A stretch of 64,000 bases of DNA from Tubiluchus corallicola (lineage: Eukaryota; Animalia; Priapulida): the NCBI GenBank assembly GCA_030141605.1, contig JAQGDQ010000559.1, positions 62,001-126,000 on the forward strand, in the 5' to 3' direction. Position numbers and translations under genes: made by a program. Each line of letters opens with the position of its first letter. Within the stretch, counting starts at the first letter, position 1. The notes beneath the pieces were generated by a model. The model saw nothing but the letters and a program-made list of their open reading frames with translations. It was not told the origin of the DNA and searched no databases. Below, piece by piece: positions 52,460 through 64,000 of the stretch.

Positions 52460-53110
52460 GACAATAGTAGATGAAATAAAAAACTCAATAGAGGAGAAAC
52501 TGAACAGAATGGATCTCGCTGTAAACAAAAATAAAACTGAAGAGTTTCACGTGACACGCCATGGTGACGAATCATGGCAAAGATGCAAATATCTCGGTAG
52601 TCTCCTGGCAACAGAAGACGACATATCAAGTCAGAAGATAGTGGCATTATCAGCTTACTCAACACTCACAAAGGTTTTTGAGAATAGGAAGGTTTCTGTG
52701 GAAACAAAAATTAGAATATTCTCAGCCTTAGTTGAAAGTGTATTTCTGTATAACTCTGAGCTCTGGACATTAAAGCTGAAATGCGTTTCAAAGGCGAAAT
52801 TACAGAAACATTTTGGATATAAGATGGCCAAAGAAAATTTCAAACTAAGATCTATATCAAAAAATACAAGAAGAGCCTTGGACAAGAAAAATAAAAAGAC
52901 GCTGTTTGAGATGGATTGGGCAAATGCTTAGACTACCTGATGATGTTCCAGTAAAGATAGCTCTTCAACAAGCCACAGAACCAGCTAAAAAACCTGCAGG
53001 AGGACACAATGTTAACATATTTAGATTTTGCACAGAAAGATTTAAACACTTCAGCATTGATCCTTGGTGCATCCACTTGGGGCATTACGGCGTGTAGGGA
53101 ATCTTGGCAT
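52460..53110 (+). mobile_element. 5'-truncated RTE-like LINE (end of reverse transcriptase) in the 3' region of the fusion gene
   Basis: LAVNKNKTEEF..CKYLGSLL..EDDI..VSVETKIRIFSALVESVFLYNSELWTL, then frameshifted LRWIGQMLRLPDDVPVKIAL. Confidence 0.85.
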
Positions 53111-54069
53111 TGGGAGGTGAGCAGAATCATGTCCCTGGACGTGTGATTCATTGGATGATGAAGATCTCTGGTCAAAGATTCACAAGAAAAGAAAAATTAA
53201 CAGCGAATAAGACTTAGAAGACGACGCAAATGTCAACTGAAAAACCATTTGACCTTGACCTACTTTTTGTTTTTTGCTGGGATAATCATGTTATTTGCAA
53301 AGACTATTTGCGCAGTCTGTTTGTCAGTACTTTCTACTCACTAGGACAAAAATTTCGTTTGGAAGTTTAGAATTTGTCCCCCTTGATGGTACAGATGTCT
53401 GCTCTGGCCTAAGGACTAATGTTAGTCCTATAATTGTTCAAGTAAATAAAATAAAAAAGTGTAAGAAATAAATTGATTCATCATTAATATTATGATCAGT
53501 CACGTTTTATTAAATAAAATAATAACAGTGAGAAATTTCAAAATGTTGAAGGTAGTTCATTGACTGGTGTTCATTTGTCTTTGGTGGTCCTTTGACTGGT
53601 GGTCCATTGCCTGTGGTCGTCCTTTCACTAGTGACCCTTTGATCACTTTTGAAATGTTGAATGTAGTTCCTTGACTGGTGTTCGTTTGTCTGTAGTGGTC
53701 CTTTGACTGGTGGTCCTTTGTCCGGTGGCCTTTTGACCGCCCACGATTCTTCGTTGCACTATTATGTATGCTATTATATATGCATAGATGTGAGAAAAAA
53801 CTAGAACGCACTAGATAAGTAAAAATTTCTTAGCTCTCGTATCATTTCCATATTCAACTTAGTACTTTATATTATATAAGAAAATGTATTTCTAAGTAGG
53901 AATTAAGTAACTTCTTTTGCTTACCCATTTGAAAAAAAACATTTTGACGTAGTTCATAGAAGAATTAATCTTTACTAAGTCTTACAAATAAAGCAAACTG
54001 AGTCAGTTAATTGGTCCTGTCTGACTCGTCAGTAAACGATACAAGCAGAGCAGTTTTAGTCCTATAGAC

Positions 54070-54373
54070 GGATACATCCTATCCTATATCTGCAATTGAT
54101 TACGTGTATTTGTTAATATTTCTCTTAATTGTTAGGAAGTGATTTAACAATTAAATGTAGTTTTTAATAGACGGATTGAGGACTAGGACTATATATTGCA
54201 CGATTCAAATAATTATTGATGATATATATATACATCCTATCCTATATTCTATAGCTGCTTACATGTATTTGTTAATATTTTTCTTAGTTGCTAAGGGAGA
54301 GATTTAACAATTAAATGTAGTTTTTAATAGACGGATTGAGTACCATATATTGCATGATTCAAATAATCATTGA

Positions 54374-54431
<58 letters not shown>

Positions 54432-54585
54432 TATCCTATGTTCTACTGCTGATTACATGTATTTGTTAATATTTCTCTTAATTGTTAGGAAGAGATTTAA
54501 CAATTAAATGTAGTTTTTAATAGACGGATTGAGTACCATATATTGCATGATTCAAATAATTATTGATGATATATATATATATATA
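54070..54585. repeat. Three tandem ~160-190-bp units, each ending in (TA)n
   Basis: TGTATTTGTTAATATTT..GATTTAACAATTAAATGTAGTTTTTAATAGACGGATTGAG occurs three times. Confidence 0.9.
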
Positions 54586-54858
54586 GTACTTAATAAACAG
54601 ACGTTCTTGTTGTTTTGCTGTACTAGTTTCATTCCTTTATTGAAAATTGTCAACAATTCATTCAATTCAATTCGAATTTTTATTCCATTAACTAAGACAA
54701 TATAAAACACAAATACAGTATTAAAATGAAATAAAATGCAATGAAGTAAAAATGCAAAATTAAATTGAAAATACAGGATTCCTGAATTAAGAATAAATAA
54801 ATTTCAGAAACTAATTATGTTTATATTTTTTTCATTCCATTTATTCATTCATAGTTTG

Positions 54859-56125
54859 CCTACCTACCTACCTACCTACCTACCTACCTACCTACCTACC
54901 TACCTACCTACCTACCTACCTACCTACCTACCTACCTACCTACCTACCTGCCTACTTTCCTACCTACTTACCTACCTACCTACCTACCTACCTACCTACC
55001 TACCTACCTACCTACCTACCTACCTACCTACCTACCTACCTACCTACCTACCTGCCTACTTTCCTACCTACTTACCTACCTACCTACCTACCTACCTACC
55101 TACCTACCTACCTACCTACCTACCTACCTACCTACCTACCTACCTACCTACCTACCTACCTACCTGCCTACTTTCCTACCTACCTACCTACCTACCTACC
55201 TACCTACTTACCTACCTACCTACCTACCTACCTACCTACCTACCTACCTACCTACCTACTTACCTACCTACCTACCTACCTACCTACCTACCTACCTACC
55301 TACCTACCTAACTACCTACCTACCTACCTACCTACCTACCTACCTACCTACCTACCTACCTACCTACCTACCTACATAACTACCTACTTACCTACCTACC
55401 TACCTACCTACCTACCTACCTACCTACCTACCTACCTACCTACCTACCTACCTACCTACCTACCTACCTACCTACTTACCTACCTACCTGCCTACCTACC
55501 TACCTACCTACCTGCCTACCTACCTACCTAACTACCTACTTACCTACCTACCTACCTACCTACCTACCTACCTACCTACCTACCTACCTACCTACCTACC
55601 TGCCTACCTACCTATATGCCTACCTACCTACCTGCCTACTTACCTACCTAACTACCTACTTACCTACCTACCTACCTACCTACCTACCTACCTACCTACC
55701 TACCTACCTACCTACCTACCTACCTACCTACCTACCTACCTACCTACCTACCTACCTACCTACCTACCTACCTACCTACCTAACTACCTACCTACCTACC
55801 TACCTACCTACCTACCTACCTACCTACCTACCTACCTACCTACCTACCTACCTACCTACCTACCTACCTACCTACTTACCTACCTACCTACCTACCTACC
55901 TACCTACCTACCTACCTACCTACCTACCTACCTCCATCCATCCATCCATCCATCCATCCATCCATCCATCCATCCATCCATCCATCCATCCATCCATCCA
56001 TCCATCCATCCATCCATCCATCCATCCATCCATCCATCCATCCATCCATCCATCCATCCATCCAAACATCCATCCATCCATCCATCCATCCATCCATCCA
56101 TCCATCCAAACATCCATCCATCCAT
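54859..56125. repeat. Compound microsatellite: (CCTA)n then (CCAT)n
   Basis: About 1.07 kb of CCTA switching to CCAT at about 55933. Confidence 0.98.
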
Positions 56126-56930
56126 CTATCTGTCTATTTATCTGTCTGCATATCTCTACATACACACATACTTGTATATCATACACGAATATCTGTTTGC
56201 TCAAATATTAGACGTGTTTTGTACATTATGAAATAAAGCTGTTAAGGGACATACTAACACGAGTTTCACTAGCAAGAACTGACCGTACTGGCCATCACAA
56301 AAGGTCATGAAGTGACCAGATTTAATCACTGATGTACCGATAAAGCTGTGACCTCTTTGCGTAAACTAAAACTTACTACATAGGGGGCGTCTAAAGCTGA
56401 GAAAAGACAATCAAGGGTCGAGCAAAATGAAAAAATGTAAAGTGAAAAAATGAGCGTGAGAAAGATGTTGATCTCAAGGTATTTCTAAACGTTTCCTGAA
56501 ACTAGTTTAAGCAAACTTCTACATCAGCGCCTCCTTTTTGAATAGGCCGCCGGTCATTCGGTCAAATTCAGTATTGACTTGAGATTTAGTACAAACGTCC
56601 AGCAAGAGTGGAGTTCTTTGACAATTCTAGTTACCTGTAGTTACAACGAAACAGAATAGATAACATAGCGAGAAAGAATTTCATTTTTTGTTCTGGTTTT
56701 TACTCTTACAATGAATACGGTCGTTTGGAGGGGGGGGGGGGGGGGGGCAGTTCAACTTGGTCGAAGCGAGAGTGCTGAATGTATGGTAATATGGAAGTTG
56801 AGGCTCTGGACAGTCGATTCTGACGCGCGACCATAATGTATAAAACGATTACGTTATGTAAAAGTATTGCAGTTTTGGAGATGCGGTTCGACATTTTGTA
56901 CATTATGTCCAAAGTCAGATTAATCATTAA

Positions 56931-57464
56931 AGGAAAACTGGACAGAATCTTAAACTGCAGGTCAAAATAATCTGCTTTTTAAAAATATTGAAAGGAAACA
57001 TACTATTTCTCCAAAAATTTGCTAGTTAGACAGGCACTGGCGCCTGCATTTCGGAATATTGCACAAAAAGCAGGTGTTGCACCTCTCAGTTCAGAAGTGT
57101 TAGTTTGGGATGAACTACACAACGTGCGACAGCTCATGCGTGAGTACAGCGGTAAATTTGAAATATGAATTTTTATCTTAAAACTTGCATAGTTTTAGTA
57201 CAACACACTGAATATCTTACAGTAGCTCTGTACTTCAATTTTTGCCTTCACAAACACGTGCAACACGCTCGTAGAATATGTTTGATGTTGAAAATTATGT
57301 CAGTTTGTGATGTCATGAATAGCTGAGCTGGACCGCCATTAATTAAGTTTTTAATAGATTATTTATTTATTAGAAACGCTTTTTCCGTATTAAATGTGTT
57401 AAAATGTCCGATTTTTATCGGACTTGAAAGTGGGGTAATATACGAAAAATTATCCTGTCTTCCT
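56931..57464 (-). mobile_element. Kolobok-like MITE copy
   Basis: TTAA at 56927-56930 and 57465-57468; reverse complement of the 23838-24348 family. Confidence 0.75.
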
Positions 57465-59704
57465 TTAAGCTAATAAGAGTGGAGTCTTAGAACAAACTGC
57501 ATTCAGCGTTCGAGCGGGGCCGGGGGGTCGAGTCCACAGACCGACACAACAACAAAAAAAACCGAAAAATTCTAATAACTGATTAAACCTGAATAGATTT
57601 GTGCTTCTAAAGATTTTAATACTTATGCAGAAATACGTTACTTCTTTTTGCAAAAAACTACAATTGCTTTAGCGGTTTAGTCAAGCCGTAACGCGCACGC
57701 TTTTCATCTGGGGGGGGGGGGGAGGGGGGTCATGAGTTCGATGTTTCAGCAACAAAATTGATATATTCATACAGTCAAAAGTACGTAGTTCTAGTTGTGC
57801 AATGAAAAATATCAATACCGATGCTGTACCAAGCAACAACAGTTTATTAACCATTGAAAATCAAGTCTTTTATCCAAACCACTGCCAGTCAAACTTTGTC
57901 AAAAATACGAATTGTTTCTGGCCCTGCGGTGTCTGAATAATTTCCCCAAATGCTAATTTTCTGCTCATGCGCAATTAGCCGCCAGGTAGAAAAAGATTAC
58001 CTTTCCTTTTACTGTTTGAGTTTTTTGAACAGTTCAAGGTAATTTGGCGCGTGGTCACTACATATAGGGCTGTGAAGCGTGTAGGACAATCTACGTAAAC
58101 CTGATTTGTGCACAGAGGAAGGACGGGTGTGGCTATATTCCGCGGCTGATCCATTTTATCTGGATCACACTTCATGAAAAGTTCAAATTTTTTGGGGAAG
58201 CGTTTGTATCAGTTTAAAAAAACGTGCGAAAACCTGAACAGAGATTGTTGAGGCTCGCTTTGAGGTGCAAAATGCGTTTGAAATAGTTCCCAACTCCCGG
58301 ATCTTTGGTTCCCCGTCATGGATCCGGTCTGATATGAACCACTCGAGTATAAAACTTGGCGTTTCACCCCCGACACCTGGCCTAGTTGCTATGTACCGAT
58401 ACGGTACTTTTCCGCGTCTATAAAATTGTTCGTCATCGTGACTTAATTTTGACCACCGTCCGCTTCCTAGATCGTTTTGCCGTGGAAAATTCCACGCGGC
58501 GTTGCTGTCTTCCTAAACCCGTCGCTAGATTTCGCTGCGTTTTTTTCTAGAAAAAGATTGGCAGATGAACAAGAAATGCATGTGTCATCGTACGTAAACC
58601 GGTTCGTAGATTTTCATGAATAATGTAATTCAGACTCAATGCAACTGTGTGTGTGCAGAATGGATAAACCACTTTGTTGAACGAGTGACAGAAAATGTGC
58701 AAGTAAACATTGTAATCGAGGCATTTCTGTTGAATTTTGTTACTCATTCTTTTGTCGTGCTGAGTTGTACACGCGGAAGATTGCTTGGCAGATTTGTGTA
58801 GAATTTGTCGCATGTGTGTTTGCTGTTATTACGTAGCAATAAACTGTAAGCATTACGGAGTTCTTTATACAGTTTCACTAATTCTAAGAGACTTTTGTTA
58901 TCGATAATTTCTTCGATAACTTCCTTGTATCGATCACATTCGTTTCGTCGTTCAGGAACTTTGAAAAAGGTTAGTAAGCTAAATTTATCAAAGCAAGACA
59001 GGATGATTTTTCTTTACATTACCCCGTTTTTAAGTCCGATGAAAAGTATGTGATTTATTTTATATTATTTTTAACACGATTAATACTGCAAAAGCGTTTC
59101 TGATAATTAAATAATAGATTAAGATCTTAATTAACGACGGGCGAGCCCATTTATTGATGACATCACAAACTAACATAATTTTCAACAACGAAAATATTTC
59201 ACGAACGTGTTGCACGTGTTTGCTAAAGCGAAAGTTGAAGTACATTGCTACTGTAATATATTCAGTGTGTTGTACTAAAACTAGGCAGGTTTTAAGATAA
59301 AAATTCAAATTTCAAACTTGCTGCTGTGCTCACGCGTGAGCTGTCAAACGTGTGCACTACATCACAAACTAAGACATCTGAACTGAGAGGTACAGCACCT
59401 GTTTTTGTAAAACGTGTACCCGAAATGCGGGCTCTAGTGCCCGTCTAACTAGCGAAGGACGAAATGCGTGTAACAGCCAAGAACTAGTGGCGCGAACGTG
59501 AAATTGTGTTTGTGTGGTAATAATTCTTTTACATTTGAAAAAATAGTTTGATTCCTTTCAATTTTTTTAAAGAGTATATTGTTATGACCTGCAGTTTAAG
59601 ATTGGGTCCGGTTTTGCTTGAAATTAAATGTGGTGAATATTTATGATCCCACAAAAATATATTTTACAGCAGGAATGCAGGTCGTCATTGCGTTGTTGCA
59701 TAAC

Positions 59705-60185
59705 TCAATTCATTCATTCTTCCAATCATTCATTCATTTATTCATTCATCCGTCCATTCATTCATTCATTTATTCATTCATCCAAACATTCATTCATTCA
59801 TCCAATCATTCATTCGTTTATTCATCCATCCATCCATTCATTCATTCATTCATTCATTCATTCATTCATCAAATCATCCAATTAATCATTCATTCATTCA
59901 TCCAATCATTCATTCATTTATTCATTCATCCAATCATTCATTCATTCATCCAATCATTCATTCATTCATTCATTCATTCATTCATTCATCCATCCATCCA
60001 TCCATTCATTCATTCATTCATTCATTCATTCATTCATTCATTCATTCATTCATTCATAAAATCATCCAATCAATCATTCATTCATTCATCCAATCATAAT
60101 TCATCCAGTCAATCATTCATCCAATCATTCATTCCTTCATCCAATCATTCATTCATTCACCCAATCATTCATTCATTCATTCAAC
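59705..60185. repeat. (ATTC)n / (ATCC)n microsatellite
   Basis: Direct inspection. Confidence 0.95.
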
Positions 60186-60589
60186 GGTTACCTGTTAATA
60201 ATCATACTTTCCATGCACCATAAGTCTCTCCATCTATTTCAAATACTGCGTCTGTTTGCTTGGATTTAGTCCATTTACAACTGAGTATATCCTTTGTCCT
60301 TGACAGACTACGCGTAACCATCTACCGGACAACCTTGAAGGCCTGTGGGTTAATAGGGGAAACCTTTAAGGCATCTTCTTAACATCAACAAAGTCGCCTG
60401 TATCGGCTGAGTTCAAAAGCGTTTAGTATTCACCCGTAATTACCCCCCGGAATTGTGTGTGCCACAAGGCTTTCATTGTTAAACAATTTGCCAGATAAAT
60501 TATCTTCGTTTAAATTATAAATAAGTTTTTGTTTGTTCTAGTTTAGAACTTCGAACACCAAATGTGGAGCAAAAAGATCAATTGAACAG

Positions 60590-61180
60590 CGACAACAAGA
60601 ATGACTGTCAAAGGGTTAAACAACAACAAGAATAACTGTGAAAGGGTTAAACAACAACAAAAATTACTGTCAAAGGGTTAAACGACGACAAGAATAACTG
60701 TGAAAGGGTTAACTAACAACAAGAAAAACTGTGAAAGGGTTAAACACCAACAAGAAAAACTGTGAAAGGGTTAAACAACAACAATAATAACTGTGAAACG
60801 GTTAAACAACAACAATAAAAACTGTGAAAGGATTAAACAACAACAATAATAACTGTGAAAGGGTTAAACAACAACAAAAATTACTGTCAAAGGGTTAAAC
60901 AACACGACAAGAATAACTGTGAAAGGGTTAACTAACAACAAGAAAAACTGTTAAAGGGTTAAACAACAACAATAATAACTGTGAAAGGGTTAAACAACAA
61001 CAACAATAACTGTGAAAGGGTTAAACAACAACAACAATAACTGTGAAAGGGTTAAACAACAACAAGAATAACTGTGAAAGGGTTAAACAACAACAACAAT
61101 AACTGTGAAAGGGTTAAACAACAACAAGAATAACTGTCAAAGGGTTAAACGACGACAAGAATAACCGTAAAAGGGTTAAA
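60590..61180. repeat. 30-bp minisatellite AACAACAACAA(G/T)AATAACTGTGAAAGGGTTA, about 19 copies
   Basis: Direct inspection. Confidence 0.95.
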
Positions 61181-61212
61181 GATCAGTAAACAGTTTGCAG
61201 TTCGACACAGCG

Positions 61213-62007
61213 ATGGCGAGTTACTACTTTCCGAACGAATTCCGCGACACGCTGATGCGACCCGACTCTGGATCGACCGCCAAAAGTCGAGGTTTGGGAA
61301 AATTCAATTTCGAACGCGACGAACACAGAAGACAAAGATCTCCTGGACCTGTGAAATGGATACCGACGCCATTCTCACCAGTTCTAGAAGAAACTTACGC
61401 CAACGGGGCACCAGGGCAAGGACCCCCCGTGGAGAGAATGTCCCCGTCTGGAACCGCCCAGCCGACATTTTACGCTCCCTACTATAGGTCCGTCTCGGCA
61501 ATGAACAATTACGCGCACTACGCACGACCTCAACGACCACCGTCCAGTCAGAGCGTTCCCACGCCCTATTATAATTATCACGAAGGTCCTTACACGGTAT
61601 TTTATCCGCGAGCGTATTCGTCTGCAGACGTGCCCCAGTATTCGCGTCGACCATCAGGGCAGGGCCACATTCCTCCGCCAACGTATGACGACCTTCCTTA
61701 CCACATCGTACCAGTGGTCAAGCAGAACTGTGACTGTGACCCGTGTCCACTGCACGGACAAAACTGTAAACACGTAAAGGGTATGTTGCCCGTGTTGGAC
61801 CTTCCTGACGATCTGCTGCCCACTCCGGAAAAGTTCGTGGAAGTTCGCGAGACGGTTCATCTGCCTCCTAAAGAAGAGGATCTGGATAGTGTGCGGAATA
61901 AGACTTGTTCAAGCAGCTATAGGGGACTTTTCATCATAATGTGGATAATCATTGGTGCTGTGGTGCTAGCAATGGTGCTTGGCTTGATATTTTGGGCTGT
62001 GCTTTGA
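61213..62007 (+). CDS. Uncharacterised Pro/Tyr/Ser-rich protein with a C-terminal transmembrane helix (tail-anchored), 264 aa
   Basis: 795-nt non-repetitive ORF, clearly more GC-rich than its flanks. ATG in GCGATGG context; possible acceptor TTTGCAG ending at 61200. PPPTY motif, CDCDPCPLHGQNC motif, hydrophobic C-terminus GLFIIMWIIIGAVVLAMVLGLIFWAVL, ends TGA TAA. Upstream coding exons cannot be excluded. Confidence 0.8.
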   Translation: MASYYFPNEFRDTLMRPDSGSTAKSRGLGKFNFERDEHRRQRSPGPVKWIPTPFSPVLEETYANGAPGQGPPVERMSPSGTAQPTFYAPYYRSVSAMNNYAHYARPQRPPSSQSVPTPYYNYHEGPYTVFYPRAYSSADVPQYSRRPSGQGHIPPPTYDDLPYHIVPVVKQNCDCDPCPLHGQNCKHVKGMLPVLDLPDDLLPTPEKFVEVRETVHLPPKEEDLDSVRNKTCSSSYRGLFIIMWIIIGAVVLAMVLGLIFWAVL

Positions 62008-62191
62008 TAAAAATGTCTGAAAACTATGTATAGCAGTGATCAAGTTTTTTTTACCGACCTGCTTCCTAAAGTGATGACCAAACTCAAGTAGTGTGGGATA
62101 TACAGTCTGCCGTTCGTTCGTTGAAAATCTTCCAGAGATTTGGAATCATAATAAAGTTTGAGAATTCCATAGTTTTTACCAGGCTTGTTTA

Positions 62192-62194
<3 letters not shown>

Positions 62195-62270
<76 letters not shown>

Positions 62271-62273
62271 CCC

Positions 62274-62322
<49 letters not shown>

Positions 62323-62346
62323 TCTCTCCCTCTCTCTCTCTCTCTC
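62195..62346. repeat. (CT)n microsatellite
   Basis: Direct inspection. Confidence 0.97.
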
Positions 62347-62560
62347 AGCTTTTTAAATGAAAAGTTAACATTAGCTCAAAGAGCTATTGTCGCCGACTGC
62401 AAATAACAACCTACAACTACATAACAGAGACTACTATTACCCCACTTTTACCCTAAATACCACGCCCCAGGCAGGGCAACAGCAGGTACCATTTTTAAAG
62501 TTTCTGTTATAACCCAGGCACTGCATCGACCTAACGACCTCTCTGAGAAAACCGTCTTAA

Positions 62561-63119
62561 AGGAAGACAGGACGATTTTTCTTATACTACCACATTTTCA
62601 AGTGCGATAAAATGTATATATTTTAACACAATTAATACTGCAAAAACGTTTCTGGTCATCAAATAATAGATTCAAATTTTAATTAATGGCGGGCAAGCCT
62701 AACTATTGATGACATCACAAACTAACATAATTTTTAACTGCAAAAAATATTCCGTGAGCGTGTTGCACGTGTTCGTGAAAGCGAAAATTGAAGTACAGTG
62801 CTACTGTAAGAGATTCAGTGTGTTGTACTAAAATTAGGCAAGTTTTAAGATAAAAATTTACCGCTGTTCAACAGCAACTAACACATCTGAACTGAGAGGT
62901 ACAGCACCAGTTTTTTGTGCAATACCGCATTTCCAAAATGCAGACACTAGTGCTCGCCTAACTAGCAAATGGGGAAATACATGTAACAGTGAAGAACTAG
63001 TGACGTGAAATTGTGTTTGTGTGGTAATAATTCTTTCACGTAAGAATAGTTTGTTTCCTTTCAATATTTTAAAAAGTAGATTGTTTTGACCTGCAGTTTA
63101 AGATTGGGTCCTTTTTGCT
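62561..63119 (+). mobile_element. Kolobok-like MITE copy
   Basis: TTAA at 62557-62560 and 63120-63123; AGGAAGACAGGA left end. Confidence 0.75.
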
Positions 63120-64000
63120 TTAATGACTAATCTGGCATTGGACATAATGTACAAAATTTCCATATTACGTCAGAATCGACTGTCCAGAGCCTCACCATCC
63201 ATATTACTATACATTCAACACTCTCGCTTCGACCAAGTTGAACTGGCTCACCCCCACCCCCAAAACGACCGTATTCATTGTAAGGGTTTAATAAAAAATC
63301 TGAACAAAAAATGAAATTCTTTCTCGCTATGTTATCTATTCTGTTTTGTTCTCACTACAGGTAACTAGAATTGTCAAAGAACTCCACTCTTGCTGGATGT
63401 TGGGTCGCATTTCGCCTTTAAACTTGAACACTTTGGTGTATAATGCATGCTTTAGACAGGACTTCATTGTACCATTTGTCTAATTTACTATCAGCTAAAG
63501 GGCTAAATACTTTGCTAATCAGTTTCAGCAGTCTCGGATAACCTAGATACCTGCTGTTGCAAATACAATGCCTCCTTTTACTACCATCTAAGTCAAAAAT
63601 TTAGAAAATGCGAAGCATTGATTAGTATTTGGGCTGCTCTATCGTCCGACCTCTTTTACGTGTGCCATTCTTTCAGGGTTTAGGAAGAGTGGTGATCTTC
63701 AAGTTGTATAAATAAGTTTACAAATTAATAAAAGATTGCCAGTGTACTCAATGGTAAGAATAGTTTTGTTTGGGTTTTACGGTGACAAACAAAGTCTTCA
63801 TTTTTTGCTTAGCATAACAGTTTATTGTTTGTGTACGATACTCACGTCACGTGACACTTAGTCATTTACTTCATATCTGACACTGAGACGCCATTACCCA
63901 AAATTATACATTTTATCTGAAACAAGGTATATAAATTCCTTTAATAAACTAATTCATTTCTTATCGAGAGATCAATTACGATTAACCCTTTCAGTCCCAA

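Noticed and set aside
52164-52931. 255-aa ORF overlapping the STING exon, taken as a separate gene or a STING-RT fusion
   Set aside because: The N-terminal part is an alternative frame of exon 10; the rest is a truncated, frameshifted RTE fragment. The STING frame stops at 52378.

Overview
AT-rich, intron-containing animal (most likely invertebrate) genomic DNA, not prokaryotic. By hand I reconstruct three protein-coding genes. (1) A complete 19-exon Tousled-like kinase on the minus strand (31097-1970, about 795 aa). (2) A 10-exon plus-strand gene (41450-52378, about 671 aa) that fuses a prodomain-less, catalytically divergent caspase domain to TWO tandem STING cyclic-dinucleotide-binding domains, with no transmembrane segment and no TBK1-recruiting tail. 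This caspase-STING-STING architecture is the standout candidate for an undescribed innate-immune system. (3) An orphan Pro/Tyr-rich tail-anchored membrane protein (61213-62007). The rest is dense with interspersed repeats (5S- and tRNA-derived SINEs; Kolobok-, piggyBac-, pogo-, hAT- and Harbinger-like MITEs; solo LTRs; LINE and Penelope fragments), satellites and microsatellites. One satellite has multiplied the last splice acceptor of TLK six times. Exon models rest on splice signals, phase consistency and family motifs recalled from memory; no database search or RNA evidence was available.
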